Translations under genes and position numbers: made by a program
Notes under the pieces: generated by a model
What the model saw: the letters and a program-made list of their open reading frames with translations, nothing else
What the model was told of the DNA's origin: nothing
The model's database searches: none
Part shown: positions 31,616-41,513 of the stretch, in pieces
How the letters are laid out: each line of letters opens with the position of its first letter
Numbering within the stretch: the first letter of the stretch is position 1
Assembly: GCA_037441845.1 (NCBI GenBank)
Contig: JBBIRK010000004.1
Location: 64,001-128,000 of the forward strand
Reading direction: 5' to 3'
Source: Candidatus Zixiibacteriota bacterium
GTDB lineage: Bacteria > Zixibacteria > MSB-5A5 > UBA10806 > 4484-95
DNA: 64,000 nucleotides

Positions 31616-32362
31616 ATGATCGAAGTCCATAATCTTTCGAAAATTTTCGAGGATAAAAAGCGCGGCAGAGTCGTTGCCGCCGATAATGTGACGTTCACCG
31701 CCGGTCCCGGAGAAATATTCGGTCTGCTCGGGCTGAATGGAGCGGGCAAGACGACTGTTCTGCGGATCATAGCGACGATTTTGAAGCCGTCTTCCGGGAA
31801 CGTTCGGGTTTGGGGCGTCGATGTCGTCCGCGAACCGGAAAAAGCAAAGGCGAATTTGGGATTTTTGACGGGGGAGACCGGCCTTTACGGACGTTTGACT
31901 GCAAGGGAAATGATCGGATATTTCGGCAGGCTTTACGGCATGCCAGCCCGGCTGCTGAAAAATCGTACCGATGAGCTGATGCAGTTGTTCAATATGACTG
32001 AATTCGCCGACGTCCGCTGTGATAAATTGTCTTTCGGCACAAAGCAGAAAGTCTCGATCGCCAGAACCATAATCCACGATCCCCGGGCGATCGTGCTCGA
32101 TGAGCCGACGGTCGGACTGGATGTGATCACCAGTCGGGCGGTGGTTGATTTTATCCGAAACGAAAAAAGAAGGGGCAAGGCGATAGTGTTTTCCACTCAT
32201 GTCATGCACGAGGCCGAAAAGCTTTGCGATAAGATCGGCATAATTCATCGCGGCAGAATCATTGCGGTCGGCACGCCCAATGAATTGAAAGCGGCGTCCG
32301 GTCGCGATGATATGGACGAGGCGTTCGTGGCTTTGATCGAAGGTGATGGCCATGCTGCGTAA
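31616..32362 (+). CDS. ABC transporter ATP-binding protein, NatA-like
   Basis: GLNGAGKTT, LSFGTKQKVSIAR, DEPTVGLD, STH. Confidence 0.9.
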   Translation: MIEVHNLSKIFEDKKRGRVVAADNVTFTAGPGEIFGLLGLNGAGKTTVLRIIATILKPSSGNVRVWGVDVVREPEKAKANLGFLTGETGLYGRLTAREMIGYFGRLYGMPARLLKNRTDELMQLFNMTEFADVRCDKLSFGTKQKVSIARTIIHDPRAIVLDEPTVGLDVITSRAVVDFIRNEKRRGKAIVFSTHVMHEAEKLCDKIGIIHRGRIIAVGTPNELKAASGRDDMDEAFVALIEGDGHAA

Positions 32363-33557
32363 CGTTTGGATTGTCTATTCGAAAGAACTGCTCGATACTG
32401 TGCGTGACCGCCGAACGATAATGTCGATGATCGTGGTGCCTATCGTAATTTTCCCGTTGTTGACTATCGGTTTCGGTTCGCTGGTTTCCGAAATGACCCA
32501 GAAAACGCAGCAGGAAAAGCAGCGCGTTGCTCTTATTAGCCGCGAGGATGCACCAGCGTTGTATGCGGTACTCGATTCATCCTCGGAGTTGGAGCTTGCG
32601 ACGGATTGGAATCTGCCTGTCGATTCGATTGCCCCGGCGATCCTCAATAAAACGATTCAGGCGGCCGTCGTGGTTGATTCGAATTTCGAGGGGAAGGTTG
32701 CCGGTTTCGACAGTTCGGGGATCACGGTTTACTACGACGCGGCCGAGACCAAATCGGAAATCGCCAAAGAGAAGTTAAAAGAGATTTTAAGCGATTTCGA
32801 AAAATCGATTCTGCGGAATAGGCTGGCCGAAAAAAACATTCCCGACGATTTCATCATGCCTTTTCGAACTAATACCGAGAACGTGGCTCCCAAAGAAAAA
32901 ATGGGAGGCTTCGTTTTGGGCATGTTTCTCCCTTATATGATAGTGATTCTCGGCATGGTGGGTGCAATGTACACGGCGATCGATCTGACCGCCGGAGAAA
33001 AAGAACGGGGCACGCTCGAAACCATCTTGGTCAGCCCGATACCCCGCTGGCAGCTTGCCTCGGGGAAGTTCCTAACCATATTGACCACGTCGCTGGTAGC
33101 CTCTATTATGTCGATCACCAGCTTGACGGTAACCATGGTTTACGGTGTGATGTCAACCGCCTCGATGGGTGAGGCGATTGCGCTCAAAATCACTCCGCAA
33201 ATGATTCTGACGATCTTGTTGCTGATGATTCCCACCGCTTGTCTTTTCTCGGCGCTGCTTATGTCGATATCGATTTTCGCCAAATCTTACAAAGAAGCGC
33301 AGAGCTACGCATCCCCCTTGATGATGGTGATCATACTGCCTGCATTGGTTAGTTTCATTCCCGGCGTCGAGCTGAATATCAAACTCGCTTTCGTGCCGCT
33401 GGTAAACGTTTGTTTGGCTATCAAAGAGGCTTTGCTCGGCAATTTCAATCCGCTTTATATAGGTATTATTTTCGTTTCCGCGCTCATTTATGCGGCTTTC
33501 GCGATTTTCGTTACTCATCGAATATTCGAAAAAGAGAGCGTCCTCTTTCGTTCCTGA
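32343..33557 (+). CDS. ABC permease, NatB-like (Na+ efflux type)
   Basis: KELLDTVRDRRT, AIDLTAGEKERGTLE, AKSYKEAQSY. Confidence 0.9.
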   Translation: MMAMLRNVWIVYSKELLDTVRDRRTIMSMIVVPIVIFPLLTIGFGSLVSEMTQKTQQEKQRVALISREDAPALYAVLDSSSELELATDWNLPVDSIAPAILNKTIQAAVVVDSNFEGKVAGFDSSGITVYYDAAETKSEIAKEKLKEILSDFEKSILRNRLAEKNIPDDFIMPFRTNTENVAPKEKMGGFVLGMFLPYMIVILGMVGAMYTAIDLTAGEKERGTLETILVSPIPRWQLASGKFLTILTTSLVASIMSITSLTVTMVYGVMSTASMGEAIALKITPQMILTILLLMIPTACLFSALLMSISIFAKSYKEAQSYASPLMMVIILPALVSFIPGVELNIKLAFVPLVNVCLAIKEALLGNFNPLYIGIIFVSALIYAAFAIFVTHRIFEKESVLFRS

Positions 33558-33565
33558 GATAAAAA

Positions 33566-35335
33566 ATGCCTGAGGCGCAGGATCATAATCGTTCTACCGG
33601 CTCGGCCGGAACGTTCGAAAGGCTGTTGATCGAGGCTTCCCATATATTGAATTCCGACCTCGAGATTCAGACTCTTCTCGGCAACATTCTCGGCATATTG
33701 ACCCGCTATCTCAAGGCGGAAGCTTCAACGATTTATTTGAGCAATAACGCCTCGAGGCCGGAGCTGTTCGTTTTTGCAGAGGATCTCGATAAGCAAATGA
33801 GGGCGGTCGAACCGGAACCCGATTCGGATGCCGCCAGACGCCTTTTCGGGGCTGGGCATCCGCTGGTGGTAAATGATTTGCGCGGGGACGACTCGATACG
33901 GACTTATCTGAGCTTGCGTATCGGAATAGATGCTCGGAATCTGGTGGCGGTCCCCATAAAAAATAAAGAATCGCTGTTGGGCGTTATCGGAGTCGCCAAT
34001 AAAAGAGGCGGCGGGGATTTTGACGAAAACGATCTTGAAATCATGATGGCATTGAGCGAACAGATCGCTCTTGCTCTTGCCAACGCTGATCTCATAGCCA
34101 GCCTTCGCCGCAAAAACATCGAATCGCAAAGTCTTTATGAAATAGCCAAACTGCTTTCCGGCAAGTTGGAGTTGAGCGAAATCCTCGAATTAATCGCCGA
34201 ACAAGTGACCATTTTGGCTGGGGCCACGCTCACCACCATCTATCTGGTGGATCCCAACGACGGCTCGATAAAAGAGGTGGTTTCCATCGGAGTTCCTGAG
34301 GAAATTAAAAACCGTCTGACTTTGAAAATAGGCGAGGGAATAACCGGATGGGTGGCCAAGACCGGCAAGTCTCTGATGATCAACGACGTTTCCAAAAACA
34401 GTCATTATATACCGATCTTGCCCGACACCCGAAGCGAATTGGCGGTGCCGATAATCTCGCGTGATCGGGTGATCGGCGTATTCAATGTCGAATCCAATCG
34501 CCTGAATGCTTATACCGCCGAAGATCTTGCGTTACTCGAGATGTTCGCCAGCCAGGCCGCGGTTTCTCTCGAGAGAGCGCTGCTTTATCAACAGATGATG
34601 GAACAGAAATCGCTTACCGACGAGTTGAAAATCGCCAGGCGAATTCAACAGACATTCCTGCCCAAAGGCCAGCCGCAGGTCCAGGGATACGACATGGCTG
34701 GTCTGAATATACCATCGGAGGCGGTGGGCGGTGATTACTACGATTTCATAAAAATCGTCGATAATCAACTCGGTATAGCTATAGGCGACGTGTCGGGTAA
34801 AGGAATGGGCGCAGCTCTGATAATGGCCACGTTCCGGGCATCTCTCAAAGCGGAAATCCGCAACAACTTCGCTATCCGCACCATTCTTTCGAAAGTGAAC
34901 GAATTGCTATATGAATCGATTGAACGTCAGAATTACGTGACCGCAGTCTATGGTGTGCTGGATATCGCTAATCATATTTTTACCTATTCCAATGCCGGGC
35001 ATCCACCGCCGCTGTTGGTGAGAAGCGACGGCACCGTTATGGAATTGACCGAAGGCGGCTATGCCATCGGAATGTTCGCAAATTCGAGCTATAAAGAATC
35101 GTCGGTTCACATGGGCGCTGGCGATTCCCTTCTGCTATACACCGATGGCGTCACGGAGGCGCAGAATTCGGCCGGCGAGGAATTCGGTATGAGGCGGCTG
35201 AAAGAGATAATTATAGCCAACCGTACGCCCGGGGCAGCAACCGTTATCGATACCATAGTGAAAGAAATAGGGAATTTCAAGGATCCCGCTCATCAGCTGG
35301 ACGACCTCACGATGATATTAATCAAGAGCTTATAG
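33566..35335 (+). CDS. GAF-GAF-SpoIIE (RsbU-like) PP2C phosphatase
   Basis: Two GAF domains. VGGDYYD, GDVSGKG, NAGH, YTDG, DDLT. Confidence 0.93.
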   Translation: MPEAQDHNRSTGSAGTFERLLIEASHILNSDLEIQTLLGNILGILTRYLKAEASTIYLSNNASRPELFVFAEDLDKQMRAVEPEPDSDAARRLFGAGHPLVVNDLRGDDSIRTYLSLRIGIDARNLVAVPIKNKESLLGVIGVANKRGGGDFDENDLEIMMALSEQIALALANADLIASLRRKNIESQSLYEIAKLLSGKLELSEILELIAEQVTILAGATLTTIYLVDPNDGSIKEVVSIGVPEEIKNRLTLKIGEGITGWVAKTGKSLMINDVSKNSHYIPILPDTRSELAVPIISRDRVIGVFNVESNRLNAYTAEDLALLEMFASQAAVSLERALLYQQMMEQKSLTDELKIARRIQQTFLPKGQPQVQGYDMAGLNIPSEAVGGDYYDFIKIVDNQLGIAIGDVSGKGMGAALIMATFRASLKAEIRNNFAIRTILSKVNELLYESIERQNYVTAVYGVLDIANHIFTYSNAGHPPPLLVRSDGTVMELTEGGYAIGMFANSSYKESSVHMGAGDSLLLYTDGVTEAQNSAGEEFGMRRLKEIIIANRTPGAATVIDTIVKEIGNFKDPAHQLDDLTMILIKSL

Positions 35336-35690
35336 CCCTAAGGCTTTCAAGTCGATCGATCACTGTTACAAATATCAACCATGTGGTTGTGATAGTTGCA
35401 ACGTCGAAAAATATCGATTTTTCCGAGTTTGATTGGGCGTTGCCCCGGATTCACGAACGATTACATGGTAATAGCATGATAATCAATCAATTACCCAGTA
35501 TTTTCGATTGCTTTATTAAACTCTATCCGCATTCCGACCAGCTGCTTAAGGAGAACTTGAACCAAGTCGCCGATCAGTAGGTGTTACTATAATCATCTCT
35601 TCCTGATTCCTTAATAAATCTTGTATTTGAAATAACTTTATATTGCCTTGATATATAACAAGTTAGGTAAATGCTTTAATTTTGTCATCT

Positions 35691-35706
35691 TTGGCATGCT
35701 TGTTGC
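35691..35706 (+). promoter_or_regulatory. sigma54 (-24/-12) promoter
   Basis: TTGGCATGCTTGTTGC has GG-N10-GC spacing, in a long AT-rich intergenic region. Confidence 0.7.
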
Positions 35707-35751
35707 GCTGCGACAAGGCAGTTTGCTTCTCTCCCCTCAGTTACTTTGGGT

Positions 35752-35787
35752 GGGGGCTGTCAACAAGAAAAGACGGCCCCCTTCTTT
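35752..35787 (+). terminator. Terminator-like hairpin ending a short sigma54 transcript
   Basis: GGGGGCTGTC, 10-nt loop, GACGGCCCCC, then TTCTTT. Confidence 0.6.
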
Positions 35788-35819
35788 GAAAACAAGAGGC
35801 AGGCGATTCTGGAGTAATA

Positions 35820-36407
35820 ATGAACGCTGCTTATCCGGAAAACTCGAGGGTTGATTTCGAGAAGATGGTCATAAGCCATCGCCAATACCTATTTAATTTA
35901 GCCCTATCGCTGACTCACGATTGCAACCGCGCCGATGATCTGGTTCAGGAAACTTATTTGAAAGCTTTGTTGGGATACGGTCTCTTCCGGCAAGGAACCA
36001 ACTGCCTGGCCTGGCTTTCCCGAATCTTGATCAATACCTATATCAATCAATATAATTATTGCAAGCGGCATCCTCAGGAGGAGATAACCGAAGATGTCTT
36101 TTCGGTCTCGATCGAATTCCATGACACTCACGATTTCGAGGTTTATGACGATCGCAGCCTCCTGTTTTACGGAGTCAGCGACAAGGTGATGGAAGCTCTG
36201 ATGAGCCTGCCCGATGATTACCGGGATACCGTGATTTTGTCCGATCTTCGTGGGTTGCCGTACGAGGATATTTCCCGCCGCTGCGGTGCTCCCATGGGGA
36301 CGATCAGGTCGCGGCTTTCGCGCGGCCGCTGCATTCTTCGCAAGAAACTTTCCCGACGCAACCTTCCGATATATCTGCGCAAAAACTTTCCCGCCTCGGC
36401 CGAATAG
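35820..36407 (+). CDS. ECF-type RNA polymerase sigma factor
   Basis: ADDLVQETYLKA, GTN..AWL.RI..N, region 4 Y.DI....PMGTIRSRLSRGR. Confidence 0.92.
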   Translation: MNAAYPENSRVDFEKMVISHRQYLFNLALSLTHDCNRADDLVQETYLKALLGYGLFRQGTNCLAWLSRILINTYINQYNYCKRHPQEEITEDVFSVSIEFHDTHDFEVYDDRSLLFYGVSDKVMEALMSLPDDYRDTVILSDLRGLPYEDISRRCGAPMGTIRSRLSRGRCILRKKLSRRNLPIYLRKNFPASAE

Positions 36408-36580
36408 CGCGTCCGTTTTTATACGAATGTTGAATCGCCGGAATTTTCTTTCTTGCCGCGAGAATTTATTTGAAACGGCCGATCCCGAACTTACTAAATG
36501 GAAACCAGCCGCCGCCTTGTTGATTTAATAATGGGGAAGCGAGAATCGCATATTACGCCATGGAATTGGCAAAAAAATCA

Positions 36581-36609
36581 TTGACTTGGTATGCTAAGGA
36601 TGTTAAAAT
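36581..36609 (+). promoter_or_regulatory. sigma70 promoter of the tRNA pair
   Basis: TTGACT, 17 bp spacer, TAAAAT with extended TG. Confidence 0.75.
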
Positions 36610-36625
36610 AAAAAGTTACGGGTCT

Positions 36626-36699
36626 GGGCCCATAGCTCAGTTGGTCAGAGCAAGTGACTCATAATCACTGGGTCCCAGGTTCGAGCCCTGGTGGGCCCA
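36626..36699 (+). tRNA. tRNA with CAT anticodon, most likely tRNA-Ile2 (lysidine-modified); CCA not encoded
   Basis: GGGCCCA/TGGGCCC acceptor stem, AGTGA-CTCATAA-TCACT anticodon arm, GGTTCGAG T-loop. Acceptor resembles Ile2 rather than Met. Confidence 0.9.
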
Positions 36700-36706
36700 G
36701 GTAAAC

Positions 36707-36783
36707 GGGCAATTAGCTCAGCTGGTTAGAGCGTTCGGTTCACATCCGAGAGGTCACAGGTTCAAGTCCTGTATTGCCCACCA
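36707..36783 (+). tRNA. tRNA-Val(CAC)
   Basis: GGGCAAT/ATTGCCC acceptor stem, TTCACAT anticodon loop, GGTTCAAG T-loop, encoded CCA. Confidence 0.93.
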
Positions 36784-36868
36784 TTGAAAACGGAAGGAAA
36801 CAAGGGTGGATGAAAATTCCAATTGACTTGTCGAAAGATTTTTCATCCTATTCTTATGTGATAAATCG

Positions 36869-36898
36869 AGGGTGCGCCTTAAATTGCGCACCCTTTTT
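36869..36898 (+). terminator. Rho-independent terminator after the tRNAs
   Basis: AGGGTGCGC-N8-GCGCACCCT followed by T run. Confidence 0.75.
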
Positions 36899-36914
36899 CG
36901 TTTGAGGTTGATTT

Positions 36915-37637
36915 ATGCAGGACGTGTTGAATTTATTGGTGGAGCTTCAGAAAATCGATGAGGACCTCGGGGAGCTTGAACACTCCAAAGTATATCTCCC
37001 CGAAATGATAGCCAATATCAATAACGAGCTTGAGTCCCTCGAAAAAAGTCTGGCCGAAACCGAAACCACGCTGCTGGAAGCCAAAAAAAAGCAAAAACAA
37101 TTGGAGCTCGATATAGAATCCGATAAGGAACAGCTTGCACAATACCAGAAGCAGATGAAAGTTATCAAGACGAACAAGGAATACGATGCCCTCGTCGCCG
37201 AAATCGATGCCAAAAAACGTCGGATAAGCGATAACGAAGACGAAATTCTGAAATTGATGGGATTGATCGAACAGGCAACCGAAGATTTGGCGGCGATAAA
37301 AGTCAAACTCGAGGAGACCAGATCGAACAACGCCATTCATCTGCAAAATCTCAATGCGGAAATGAGCACTCTCGAAGCCAAGATCGAAAGCAAACAGAAG
37401 GAAAGAGGCGGTCTGATAAAGTCGATCGACCGTCGGGCGCTTTCCATGTACGAAAGAATCCGCAAAGGGAAGGGCAAAGGCGGCATGGCGGTGGTCAAGA
37501 TCCGCAAGAGAGCCTGCGGCGGCTGTTTCAAGCAAGTTCCGCCGCAACTGGTGCAGGAGATCAGAAGAGGCGATAAGATATTCACTTGCGACAGCTGCGG
37601 CAGAATTCTTATCTGGAGCGATGAAGACAGCGATTAA
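36915..37637 (+). CDS. Coiled-coil protein with C4 zinc ribbon (DUF164/COG1579 type)
   Basis: LQKID N-terminus, long coiled coil, NKEY, CGGC...CDSCGRIL. Confidence 0.9.
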   Translation: MQDVLNLLVELQKIDEDLGELEHSKVYLPEMIANINNELESLEKSLAETETTLLEAKKKQKQLELDIESDKEQLAQYQKQMKVIKTNKEYDALVAEIDAKKRRISDNEDEILKLMGLIEQATEDLAAIKVKLEETRSNNAIHLQNLNAEMSTLEAKIESKQKERGGLIKSIDRRALSMYERIRKGKGKGGMAVVKIRKRACGGCFKQVPPQLVQEIRRGDKIFTCDSCGRILIWSDEDSD

Positions 37638-37739
37638 AACCACTATTCCGGCGTATGGAAATTTCATTTTTCAGCCGGATTGGACGGATGGCGGTTAGGA
37701 GCGACCGAAAGACCTTTTTTTTTCGAGAGCGATCGATAA

Positions 37740-39245
<1,506 letters not shown>

Positions 39246-39368
39246 AAACGGTAGCGTCAGCACATCTTGTCGGCGCCGATTCCAATTCGGGGGAACATTT
39301 CCATGCCATTGAGGATTATTTTAAGATATCGTATCCCCGAGGGGAATCATTCAGGCGAAAGCAGATAA

Positions 39369-40343
39369 ATGAGAATTTGGTCAGGCTTTTTGATTTTGCT
39401 GGCGGCGTTAATCTCAACAGCAGGAGCTGAAATGAACGACGGTCGATCGAAAAAGATATCTCAGTCGCTCGAATATGCCGACAGCCTTTTCAAAGCGCGC
39501 GATTATGATAATGCAAGAGAAGTCTATCTGGCCGCCGCCCAAACCGCCATAAAAGCGAAAGACCAATCGAGCCTCACCGAATGCTATGCCATGATCGCAA
39601 GATGCTGTCTTATCTGCGACAAGAAGCAGGAAGGCGGAGTTTGGCTGGAAAAGAGCACCGAAATCGCGCGGCCCGAATTTCGGCTCGGATGGTCGCGCTA
39701 TCTTGGTGTGCGTGGCAGATTCGAATGGCAGGATAATCAGATTGAAAAAGCCACGGAGACATTCAAGGAAATGTATGCGTTTTGTTCCGTAAATCACCTT
39801 CACGACCGGGCTGTGGATGCCGCCCACATGATTGCCATAACCGGCACGCCGCAGGAACAGGTGGAATGGGGTTTGAAAGGGATTCGGGAGGCAGAAGAAG
39901 GAAATTTAACGAGTTGGCTCGGTCCGCTCTGGAACAATCTCGGGGCTACCTACGAAGATTTGAAAGAATTCGCAAAATCGCTGGATGCCTATGTTAGGGC
40001 CCGGGAATATCACTACAAATTCGGCGACAAAAAGAACCGACTGGTGGCCGATTATGCGGTGGCCCACGCTCGCAGGAATCTGGGAGAATACGAAACCGCT
40101 TTGAAATCATTTGAAATGTTGCAAAAGAATTTCGCCGAATTGGGAGACACCGAATTTCAAGGACTGACAGCCAGAGAAATCGGCGAGATTCATAAGGCTC
40201 AGGGCCAAGGCAAAGAGGCGTTGACGAATTTTGAGGCAGCGGCAGAATTTCTGAGCGAAGCAGGCATGGCGGAATGGGATTCCGCCGGATTCAGCCATCT
40301 GCAAAATCTGATTTCGGAATTGAAAGCAGAATTAGATCGATAA
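39369..40343 (+). CDS. Secreted TPR-like protein
   Basis: Signal peptide. Helical repeats, AVDAAHMIAI, WLGPLWNNLG. Confidence 0.75.
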   Translation: MRIWSGFLILLAALISTAGAEMNDGRSKKISQSLEYADSLFKARDYDNAREVYLAAAQTAIKAKDQSSLTECYAMIARCCLICDKKQEGGVWLEKSTEIARPEFRLGWSRYLGVRGRFEWQDNQIEKATETFKEMYAFCSVNHLHDRAVDAAHMIAITGTPQEQVEWGLKGIREAEEGNLTSWLGPLWNNLGATYEDLKEFAKSLDAYVRAREYHYKFGDKKNRLVADYAVAHARRNLGEYETALKSFEMLQKNFAELGDTEFQGLTAREIGEIHKAQGQGKEALTNFEAAAEFLSEAGMAEWDSAGFSHLQNLISELKAELDR

Positions 40344-40529
40344 TTCCGAAACGATCATGCACTTTCGGTCCAGCGACGAAGCTCACCCATCTTTTCCATG
40401 TTCGATTGGTTTTCGGCCTAAGATTGGCCGATCTCCGGCAGGCATCAATCATGGCTTGACAACAGGCTCGGTCTATGGTTATATAGACTTTCGAAAAGGG
40501 CATTTTCAACTTTGCCCGAGGAGCAAAAG

Positions 40530-41129
40530 ATGGCTTTATCCAAAGGATGCCTGACCGCGGCAGCGGTCGTGGCGGCGATTGTTTTTCTGGCGCTCTTGAT
40601 CGGTGGTTATCTGATGACCACTTATAATTCGCTGGTCAAACAAAACGAATCGATCAACAGCGCTTGGGCGGAAATCGATAACCAGCTGCTAAGGCGAAAC
40701 GACCTCATTCCCAATCTTGTAAGCACGGTCGAAGGGTATGCTACTCATGAACGGGAGCTGTTCGAGAAAATCGCCGACGCCAGGGCCCGGCTCGCGGGAG
40801 CGGCAACGGTAGGTGAAAAGATGGCCACCTCAAACGAGCTGGCGGGTTTTCTCGGTAGACTTCTGGCTATTGCGGAAAATTATCCTCAGCTGAAGGCGAA
40901 CGAAAGTTTCAACAAGATGATGGATGAACTGGCGGGAACCGAAAATCGGATAAACGTGGCGAGAAAACGTTACAACGACCAGGTCATGAGTTATAATAGC
41001 ACGATAAAGAGATTTCCGGTAAATATGTTGGCGGGAATGTTCAATTTCCAGGCACGAGAATATTTCGAAGTGCCGGAGGAGGCTAGAGCAGTACCAAGAG
41101 TCCAATTCGGCAACACCGGCCAAAAATAG
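40530..41129 (+). CDS. lemA: LemA family protein
   Basis: YNSLV, RRNDLIPNLV, ENYPQLKAN, ELAGTENRI, RRYN-like ARKRYN. Confidence 0.95.
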   Translation: MALSKGCLTAAAVVAAIVFLALLIGGYLMTTYNSLVKQNESINSAWAEIDNQLLRRNDLIPNLVSTVEGYATHERELFEKIADARARLAGAATVGEKMATSNELAGFLGRLLAIAENYPQLKANESFNKMMDELAGTENRINVARKRYNDQVMSYNSTIKRFPVNMLAGMFNFQAREYFEVPEEARAVPRVQFGNTGQK

Positions 41130-41499
41130 CAGGGCAGGCCGGGCGGCCGCCTGAGCCATCGGCGCAGGAGGAAAGTCCGAGCTTACCAGGGCAGGGTGCC
41201 TCGTAACGCGAGGGGTCCGCAAGGACACGGATAGCGCCACAGAAAAAATACGGCCGATGGTTTTATTTCGGCAAAGGTGAAATGGCGGTGTAAGAGACCA
41301 CCGCTCCGGTGGTGACACCGGGGGCACGGCAAGCCCCACCCGTAAGAAAGGCCAAGCAGGAGAGATGAGGTTGCCCGCCTCGTTCGATCTCCGGGTAGGC
41401 CGCTTGAGCTTGGGCGCAAGCCCGAGCCTTAGATGAATGGCCGCCGCTCTCAAATTCGAATTTGAAGAGTACAGAACTCGGCTTATAGGCCTGCCTGCT
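41128..41499 (+). ncRNA. rnpB: RNase P RNA (type A)
   Basis: GAGGAAAGTCC, AGCGCCACAGAAA, GGTGAAA..GTAAGAG, GGGTAGG..CTTGAG, AGATGAATG, ACAGAACTCGGCTTA. P1 pairs GCAGG(G)CAGGCC with GGCCTGCCTGC. Confidence 0.97.
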
Positions 41500-41513
41500 T
41501 TTGAATCTTCTAT

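Noticed and set aside
35383..35854. Two short + ORFs in the intergenic region
   Set aside because: Weak starts and no SD or motifs. The region is better explained as a sigma54 promoter plus RNA element.
36626..36900. tRNA pair as an integration site for a genomic island
   Set aside because: No integrase and no duplicated tRNA 3' end seen in the window. The flanking genes are core-like.
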